Below are positions 54,930 to 64,000 of a stretch of 64,000 nucleotides of DNA, in pieces (the stretch's first letter is position 1; each line of letters begins with the position of its first letter). A program made the position numbers and the translations under genes. Origin of the DNA: Carcharhinus longimanus (Eukaryota); the NCBI GenBank assembly GCA_030264375.1, contig JASCQW010000043.1, positions 40,296,284 through 40,360,283 on the forward strand, given 5' to 3'. Under the pieces are notes generated by a model. The model saw nothing but the letters and a program-made list of their open reading frames with translations, made no database searches and had not been told where the DNA came from.

Positions 54930-57900
54930 ACCATGCAAGTGGATGGGAGGGGAACTTTCTACTGGCTGAAGTCATACCTAACACAAAAGGTAGATGGTTG
55001 TAGTTGTTGGAGCTAAAACAGTTCAGCTACAGGACACCACTGTATGAGTTCCCAAGGCAGTGTCCTAGGTTCAACCATCTTCAGATGCTTCATTTATGGT
55101 CTTCCCTCCATCATGTTGCACACTGTTCAGTTTAATTCACAACTCCTCAGATAATAAAGGAATCTGCAACTGCTTGATTAAGGCCTGGACAATATTCAGG
55201 CTGTGGCTGATCTGTAACATTCACACCACCCAAAAGCCAGGCAATGACCATCTTCAATAAGAGAGAACCTAACCATCTCCCAACAATATTTCCATCACTA
55301 AATCCCCCACCATCAACATCCTGGGAGCTATCAATGGCCAGAAACTCAACTGGACCAGCCATGGAATACTATGGCAAGTAATTCACCAATTATACTCTCC
55401 AAAGCCTGTCCACCATCTACAAGGCATAAGTCAGCATGTCATGAAATACTCCCACTTGCCTAGATGGGTGCATCTTTAACAACATTCATAGATCATAAAT
55501 CATAGATCATAGAACCCTATGGTGCAGAAAGAGGCCCTTTGGCCCATCGAGTCTGCACCGACCACAATCCCACCCAGGCCCTACTCCCATATCCCTACAT
55601 ATTTTACTTGCTAATCCCTCTAACCTAAGCATCTTAGGACACTAAGGGGCAATTTTAGCATGGCCAATCAACCTAACTCACCCATCTTTGGGCTGTGGGA
55701 GGAAACCAGAGCACCCAGAGGAAACCCACACAGACTCGAGGAGAATGTGCAAACTCCACACAGACAGTGACCCAAGCCAGGAATCAAACCCAGGATGCTG
55801 GAGCTGTGAAGCAGCAGTGCTAACCACTGTGCTACCGTGCCGCCCAAGGGCCTCTTAAGGATCAACAAGGTCACTTAGGTGCGGATCCACAAGAGATGGG
55901 TGAGATCCTAAATGAATATTTCTCATCGGTATTTACTGTTGAGTAAAGCATTGATATTAGGGAACTTGGGGAAATAAATGGTGATGTCTTGAGGAGTGTA
56001 CATATTAAAGAGAAGGAGGTGCTGGAAGTCTTAAAGCGCATCAAGGTAGATAAATTCCCGGGATCAGATGAAGTGTATCTGGGACATTGTAGGAGGCTAG
56101 GGAGGAAATTGCAGGTCCCTCTAGCTGAGATATTTGAATCATTGATAGTCACGGGTGAGGTGCCTGAAGATTGAAGAGTGGCAAATGTTATGCCTTTGTT
56201 TAAAAAGGGCTGTAGGGAAAAGCCTGGGAACTACAGGCCAGTGTAGTGGGTAAATTGTTGGAAGGTATTTTGAGAGATAGGACCTTCAGGCATTTAGAGA
56301 TGCAAGTACTGATTTGGGACAGTCAGCATGGAAAATCATGTCTCACAAATTTGATTGAGTTTTTTGAAGGGGTAACAAAGAAGGTAGATGAGGGCAGTGC
56401 AGTTGNNNNNNNNNNNNNNNNNNNNNNNNNNNNNNNNNNNNNNNNNNNNNNNNNNNNNNNNNNNNNNNNNNNNNNNNNNNNNNNNNNNNNNNNNNNNNNN
56501 NNNNNNNNNNNNNNNNNNNNNNNNNNNNNNNNNNNNNNNNNNNNNNNNNNNNNNNNNNNNNNNNNNNNNNNNNNNNNNNNNNNNNNNNNNNNNNNNNNNN
56601 NNNNNNNNNNNNNNNNNNNNNNNNNNNNNNNNNNNNNNNNNNNNNNNNNNNNNNNNNNNNNNNNNNNNNNNNNNNNNNNNNNNNNNNNNNNNNNNNNNNN
56701 NNNNNNNNNNNNNNNNNNNNNNNNNNNNNNNNNNNNNNNNNNNNNNNNNNNNNNNNNNNNNNNNNNNNNNNNNNNNNNNNNNNNNNNNNNNNNNNNNNNN
56801 NNNNNNNNNNNNNNNNNNNNNNNNNNNNNNNNNNNNNNNNNNNNNNNNNNNNNNNNNNNNNNNNNNNNNNNNNNNNNNNNNNNNNNNNNNNNNNNNNNNN
56901 NNNNNNNNNNNNNNNNNNNNNNNNNNNNNNNNNNNNNNNNNNNNNNNNNNNNNNNNNNNNNNNNNNNNNNNNNNNNNNNNNNNNNNNNNNNNNNNNNNNN
57001 NNNNNNNNNNNNNNNNNNNNNNNNNNNNNNNNNNNNNNNNNNNNNNNNNNNNNNNNNNNNNNNNNNNNNNNNNNNNNNNNNNNNNNNNNNNNNNNNNNNN
57101 NNNNNNNNNNNNNNNNNNNNNNNNNNNNNNNNNNNNNNNNNNNNNNNNNNNNNNNNNNNNNNNNNNNNNNNNNNNNNNNNNNNNNNNNNNNNNNNNNNNN
57201 NNNNNNNNNNNNNNNNNNNNNNNNNNNNNNNNNNNNNNNNNNNNNNNNNNNNNNNNNNNNNNNNNNNNNNNNNNNNNNNNNNNNNNNNNNNNNNNNNNNN
57301 NNNNNNNNNNNNNNNNNNNNNNNNNNNNNNNNNNATATCCCTACATATTATACCCACTAATCCCTTTATCCTACGCATCCCTGGACACTAAGGGACAATT
57401 TCTTAGCATGGCCAATCAACCTAACCTGCACATCTTTGGACTATGGGAGGAAACCAGAGTACCCGGAGGAAATCCATGCAGACACGAGGAGAATGTGCAA
57501 ACTCCACACAGACAGTCACCCTAGCCGGGAATCGAAACCAGGACCCTAGAGCTGTGAAGCAGCAGTGCTAACCACTGTGCTACTGTGCCGCCCATTCTAG
57601 AACAAAACGGGACAAAACAGCCTGCTTAATTGGCATCACATGGACAAACATCCATTCCCTCCACCACTGACACTCAGTAGCAGCTGTATGTAATATTTAC
57701 AAGATGTACTACAGAAATTCAGAAAGATCCTTCGATAGCACCTTCCAAATGTATGACCACTTCAATCTAGAAGGACACGGGCAACAGATACATGGAAACA
57801 CCACCACTTGCAAGTTCCTCTCCAAACCACTCATCATCCTGACTTGGAAATATATCACCATTCCTTCACAGTCGCTGGGTCAAAATCATGGAATTCCCTC

Positions 57901-58290
57901 TGTAATGGCATTGTGAGTGCAGTCCAAATGCTGTGGGTGGACCAATAAATGCTGGCCAGCCAGTGAATCCCATGTCCCATGATTGAATAAAAAATTAAAT
58001 AAATGCTGTGGCTACAAAAGCAGGCTATAGGCTTGGAATTCTGGGATGAGCGACTCACATCCTAAATCCCCAAAGTCTTTCTCCGTCTGCAAGACACAAG
58101 TCAGGAGTGTGATGGTGTTCATCAATTTGCATAAATAAATACAACTTCAATAACACTCATGTTAAACAGCAACTAGCACAAAGCAACTCTTATTCCATTC
58201 ACTACTTTAAGCATTCACACACTCCGCTATAGGCACACAGTGACACAGGATGCCATCTACAAGGTGCACTGTCATAATTTACCATGGTTC
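54930..58290. mobile_element. Nested repeat cluster: old CR1-like LINE (+) interrupted by SINE(-), CR1(+), gap, SINE(-)
   Basis: Old LINE at 54930-55487 resumes at 57594. HE1 SINEs at 55488-55845 and 57335-57593. CR1 RT at 55846-56405 (TGEVPED, GKLLEGILRD, KSCLTNLIEFFEGVTKKVDEG). Confidence 0.8.
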
Positions 58291-58857
58291 CTAGCCTGCA
58301 CTATGTCAAGCAAACATGTACCTTTTAAAGGGAAGGTGCATTATGGCTGGAGTAGATGTTGGAAGTAATTGTAAAAGTTATGAGGAACACTCAATCATGG
58401 CACATGGCAGAGAGTGGACTCCAAAGTCTTTCTGCGCTGGAGCCTTTGGTGCAGAAGGTAGAGAATAGGAGAGTTGTCATTTATCCACAGGGGAGCAGGA
58501 GACCCTGCATAGAAATCTTTCGATGACAGAGGGGTCAAAAAGCCATGGCAATTAATGCTTGGCCTTTAGCTCTGAGGACTTAGATATTGTTCAACTGAAA
58601 ATTCAATGGTATGGGTGGTCAATGTATCCTACTGTACCATTAGCCTCAGACACTGCTCAATGTACCACTCCCCCAGCATTCACCTACTGGCAATCTCCAT
58701 CAGTCAAAACCCACAGCAACATTCAGTATCTTCCCACAGCATTTAGATGAATTATTCTCTGAATAATCTGGACAGATAGAGGTTCGTGCTGAGTGCTTTT
58801 CTTCCCCTTCTCCTTCTTCTGGAGATCATTTGTGTGATCACTTTCCCAGTTATGATT

Positions 58858-59198
58858 TAGAACAAAGAACTACACAGCACAGGGAACAGGCCCTTCAGCC
58901 CAACGAGCCTGCACCGCCATTTTAACATTGTGAGTTCCCTCTTCCACCCATGACCTTTCTCTATGCTTATGGCACTCCACATTGGAAACCAGATTGANNN
59001 NNNNNNNNNNNNNNNNNNNNNNNNNNNNNNNNNNNNNNNNNNNNNNNNNNNNNNNNNNNNNNNNNNNNNNNNNNNNNNNNNNNNNNNNNNNNNNNNNGAG
59101 TTACAGATAGTTCTATGGCCTGGTAGGTATGGATATGATCGGCACAACTTGTGGGCTGAAGGGCCTGTTTGTGCTGTAATGTTCTATGTTCTATGTTC
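58858..59198. mobile_element. Two CR1-type tails in opposite orientation across a gap
   Basis: ACAGGCCCTTCAGCCCA at the left and TGGGCTGAAGGGCCTGT...(GTTCTAT)n at the right. Confidence 0.65.
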
Positions 59199-59679
59199 AA
59201 ACCAAACAGTGGCGAATGTAATGGAATCTGTGGTTTAAAAATGTATTTTTTTTTTGTGTTCCACTCTACTGGGGAAGGAATCTGAAACTTCAGATATAGA
59301 TGTCTAGAAAACAAAAACCCCAGTAGAAATCCAAACAGAAACAGAACTTCAGTAGCTTGGGTAAACAACTGGTTTGAAAGCATATAAATGACACAGAGCC
59401 ATCTGAACTTACATTCCAGTTGTGCAGCACAGGTAGATTGAAGAAAATAGAGGCTGAATTCAGAAGCTGGAAATTTGCAACTACACGGTTGCTGCAGCTG
59501 CTTCTGTTCCCTGAAGATAACACTGGTGGAACCATGCCATCAAGACCTTTGTGATCTAAGTTCAGGAGATTTCTGCAGACATGTACCACGTTAGTAAAGA
59601 CTGTGCCAGCGTGATTCATAATTTATAGCTAGGGGCTATGTTTTACTGTGTTTTGCCTTTTAATTTACTTTGATTTTGA

Positions 59680-59982
59680 GGGGTGGCATGATGACATAGT
59701 GGTTTGCACTGCTGCTTCACACCTCCAGGGACTTGGGTTTGATTCCCAGTTGGGGTCACTGTCTGTATGGAGTCTCCCAGTGTCTGCATAGGTTTTCTCT
59801 GGGTGCTCCGGTTTTCTCCCACAATCTGAAAGGCATGTTGGTTAGGTGCATTGGCCATGCTAAATTCTCGCTCAGTGTACCCAAACAGGCACCAGAGTGT
59901 GGCAACTAGGGGATTTTTACAGTAACTTCATTTCAGTGTTAATCTAAGCTGACCAGTGACACCAATAAATAAACATTAAACT
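59680..59982 (+). mobile_element. tRNA-derived SINE, same subfamily as 22158-22437
   Basis: Head GGGGTGGCATGATGACATAGTGGTTTGCACTGCTGC and the shared tail. Confidence 0.8.
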
Positions 59983-62900
59983 TCCAAGTTATAAAATGTG
60001 AAACATTATCCACTGGTTTTTCTCATTGACGTGGTTCAGCAAAATTGGTTCTTCGGCTTTGTTGGTCACCACAAGAATCTGTGACTGAGACTTTACAGCT
60101 ATGCCTCTGCTATAGATTGTGGCTCTCAACTAGTGCTGGTATCAAATCAGTGTTGCACAGTGATTGGCATCATGATCTACATACCCTACATACTTTCAGC
60201 GGACAGTAAGTGCATATTCACTAACCCTTTTACCAGTATGACGTTTGGCATGTGTTGCCTCAGAAATGAACATGTGTGCTCCAGTCACTATTTTGGAACA
60301 TTAAGGGGCTAATGTAGCACTCAACACATGGGTGTTATTGAGCCCAATTTCACCCCCAAAGTATAAGAATTGGGTCAGCTAGTAAAGAAACAAATGTGAT
60401 AGTCTCCTTGGGAGATTTATACACGAAAAACCAGGAAATAAGAGGTTGTAAAAAAGCTATTAAAAAGTAGAAAACAGAGACAACGCAAATAGATACAAAT
60501 ACAGCAACTACAATGAGAAGAATGTCTAATTTCCATATTAAAAAAAAGAGGAAAAAAAGAGTTTGCCCAGGCAAACAAAACAGAGAGAGGGATGCTTAAA
60601 AGGTAATAGGCAGGAAAACAAGAACAACATATTAACAACAATATTCTTGTCCATGAGTGCACTTTACCCAGTAATGCATTGACCTTGACCTAGTTTACTT
60701 TCTTGGAGAAGAATTTTAGTGCAGGAATAAGTTGAAAATAAGCAAATGTGATAATCTGTGATTGTTTTTACTGTTGGAGTTAGAAGGTAATTAATGTGTT
60801 TTTAAAAATTTCTTACTTGTGTGACTTACAAAATTCCACATATTTCTATTTCTGATACCGATCAAGTTGGACACACAGGAGTGATGTAGACCAACTGGAT
60901 CTGTTCCGAGCCTACATAATATTATTGCTGTCAATGTGATCTGTATTTGCAGATTGGCCATAAGCCACTTTTTTAATTTCATTCAATTACTATTGAAAAT
61001 TCACCATGTTCAGAAACTATTTAGTAGCGATTGAAACAAAAGAAAGCCCATGATCACTTAATAAACAGATTGATCAGACTGACAGTGCACCTACAAAGCA
61101 GATTTCATGGGGAATCCTTTTACATGGCATCATCCCAGGTTGTTCAGTTCAGGATTTAGCAGCTAAAAATGTGTTTATTAGAGCAATGTACATAAGGATA
61201 CTTAAAAACAATTGGATTTCCTTCCAATAAGATGGATCAATAACAAGTCATCAAAACTATCTATTAGATAAATACAACTGCAATAATCACCACAAATTAC
61301 ATTTTCAGCATAAGAAATTTGTGAATGTTTTGAAACACCTGAAAGGTCAATGGTGTATAACAAAAAAGGAGAAAAATTTTGAAAATCCAGATTAATCTTT
61401 GGTCTCCATACAGATGTATGCTCTCTTTGGTGCTGACATTGCAGAAAGTTCTCTGGGAACAAAATTTCACTTCAGTGTACTAGGACTGATGATTCTTCTT
61501 CTGAATATTAACTGGTATTTTTGGGGCTATTATTATCAGAGAAAAAAAACATTTATTGTAAAGAGGACCATAACAGCAAACAACAGGGTGCACTGAATGT
61601 AACCACCTTGAAGTAACTTAGGCACTTTGGAAGAAAAGTCCCCACAGACCCATTGAACAATGACAAATTGTGTAATTGTCCTAGATTTATTGTTGCATTC
61701 AACTTTGCCTTAACTCAGCCCTTTTGGGATCATCAACTGAGGTTTCCAAGGGGAATTTTCTTGATCCTTAACCCTACTTAACTCAACAAGTTTAAGCTGT
61801 AATGATTTTTTAAGCATGACGCAGTAAATTCCAGCATATTGTCTTCTGGTAGTTTTTTTTTCTCATCGCATCACTAATAGCAGTCTGTGTGAATTATAGA
61901 AAGCTTGGACTTACACATCTTGATGATAGATAATCAATAGTTGAATATCAGGGGACTCTCTTTTGGTCTATTAGCAACAATTGGCTTTGCCTCAGCAAAT
62001 TCAAGGTCATTCATAGAACCTCCTTGATATCACTTAGGCTTCAAAGAATGGGTTTTGCCTTAGCTAACACTTGCTGGAATTGAGTCTGGAGGCTTTTACA
62101 TGCACTTGCCGTGGGAATGTCCGGTAATGAAACCCTTGTGGGACATCTTCTTTGCAGCTCGATTACATTTTTAATGATACCAAAGCCACAGAACACCTCT
62201 CATTTTTAAAGTGATAACTGTACATTGATTTTTTAAAAGTGACATTGCAGACTACAACAGAAATCACATGGCCACTACATACTGTGGAGTGCAAAATAGA
62301 TTTGCATGTTTATTTTAAGAAAATAAAAGATTTCTAACTTATATTTCCACTACTAAAACAACCAAAAATAGCAATCATACTTTTTGGAACAAAAAGTAAA
62401 AAGTGTAAAATCATGAAAGCAAATAGTTCTGTTTCACCTTGAAATTGCCAGTATGAGGAGATATACTGCTCATGCCATTGTGAAATCATGTGTTGATAAC
62501 TGATTTGAAATTTTCCTCTTGACTGATGTCAAAACTTGTTTGCAGCTGTACATATGATTTAATATCCTGCATGCAGCTCCCAAAGACATTCTAATTGGTT
62601 TCTTCTGGTGTAAAGTCACTGACTGCAACCATTTAACACACTGAGGCCGTGTCTCCAAGTCCACTGCATTTAATAAGGCACTGCAACAATTTCAGCTGTC
62701 TTCCATTTAGTCTTTTGCCATTTTCAATTATACCTTTCCACCCCACTATTTGTGTAATTTTCAAATCTGTCTGAGCTGACTTGTACTGCTGTTCACTACT
62801 GCACTGCATGACAGATTACCTGACAAGCCATATCTGTTCAGCCCAGAAATGTGCAATAACACAGGGTCATGACTCTATCACATGTTGTGTACTTTATTTC

Positions 62901-63419
62901 CTCACAGTTCACTGAAGACTGTCATCTGTTTTTTCAACTACCCTTTGCCATAATGTGCATTAACCATTTGCCTGCTGAAATGTTTCAGCAGCTGACAAGA
63001 AGCTGCCTGCAATGTTTAACAAAAGAGAGAGCTTTTCTGTGAGTAAGAAAATAAAACAAAAAAAAAGTTCAGGTACAGCTAAATAGGTGAGGGTATAATA
63101 TGGAAAAATAAATTCATTGACTACTGTGTGGATATAAAAAACACTTCTGAAAATAGTGACAAAATGAACAAAGTCTTATATTTTCACTTTTGTTTTTAAT
63201 GCATTTCTAAATAACCAGCCATAAATATGAACTGACAATGTGATATACTGACAAGTTTGCTATTAAATGAAAAAGATTCAGCTTCACGATTCAGGCTATT
63301 GAAAATCTATAAGAATACTAATTCCTCAATTCCATATCAAACAATTATATTTTAAAACCAAATTAAAAATGGGCTTGTCACACTTCTTTAACATAGTCCA
63401 CTGCATTTTTTAATTGAAC

Positions 63420-63740
63420 CATATATTTTTACAGCAATGATCAAGTCCATTCAGTCCATTGCGCTTGCACTGGCTAATTGAAAGAGCTGTCCAATTTGAT
63501 CTCACTCCCTGGCTTTTCCCTATATAATCCCACACAATTTTTGAGTGCCTGTTCAATTGTCTTTTGAAAATTCCTATGAAATATGATCTCACCACCTTTT
63601 CCTATATTTTACATTTTTCTTCCTCACTATGGCTTATTTTTGTATCATCTGCAAACTTCTTAATCATGACCCTTACATTTATGTTAATCTTAATGATATT
63701 TATAATAAACAGTAAAGGACCCAGCACTAAGTCTTTCAGT
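63420..63740 (-). mobile_element. Decayed CR1 fragments
   Basis: TCATCTGCAAACTT (reverse of KFADD) and GGACCCAGCACT (reverse of SVLGP). Confidence 0.6.
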
Positions 63741-64000
63741 GATAGGACAGTAGGGATTTTGAGCTCACAGCCTAGAAGGGTATTACAGACAAACAGTTAT
63801 TGTTCTTATTTCCCTACTAATCCTTTTGCAAACTCTTTTAAATTTATTCCCTCTAGTTATCAACATACTTACAGTAGAAAGCTGTTTCTCCCTAGTTGTT
63901 TTTTTAGAGCCTCTCATCTAGTGTTGAAAGTATAATGACTCAGGAAGTCCAGCTGGAAAGGAACATTTATTACCACAACCATGGTGTACACACACTAGTC

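Noticed and set aside
56246-57524. Long ORFs of 351-381 aa, also 6388-6962
   Set aside because: They are mostly N-gap read-through; the real residues are CR1 RT or SINE sequence.
1-64000. CRISPR arrays, prokaryotic operons, rRNA, miRNA hairpins or a novel coding system
   Set aside because: None seen; this is vertebrate intronic and upstream DNA. Small ncRNAs cannot be excluded without an Rfam scan.

Overview
Vertebrate genomic DNA, almost certainly a shark. It contains HE1-type tRNA SINEs, CR1/L2 LINE fragments, Deu-domain SINEs, MITEs and several N gaps. I found no intact protein-coding exon; the listed ORFs are decayed retroelement pieces or chance. The main signal is the 5' regulatory end of a MEF2-family gene on the minus strand. 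(i) A non-coding exon at ~41680-41810, with an upstream MEF2-like site and E-box, closely matches my recollection of the mammalian Mef2c skeletal-muscle first exon and promoter. (ii) A CpG-island promoter at ~37150-38120 has a consensus MEF2 site at the likely start, a GC box, a CRE and PBX/MEIS/HOX motifs, followed by a 5'UTR exon with a strong donor at 36508. Bases 1-36508 are then intron, and the MADS-box ATG exon lies outside the window. The best paralogue match is mef2c, but mef2a is not excluded. Homology calls come from memory, not from a search. I see no evidence of a novel protein-coding system.
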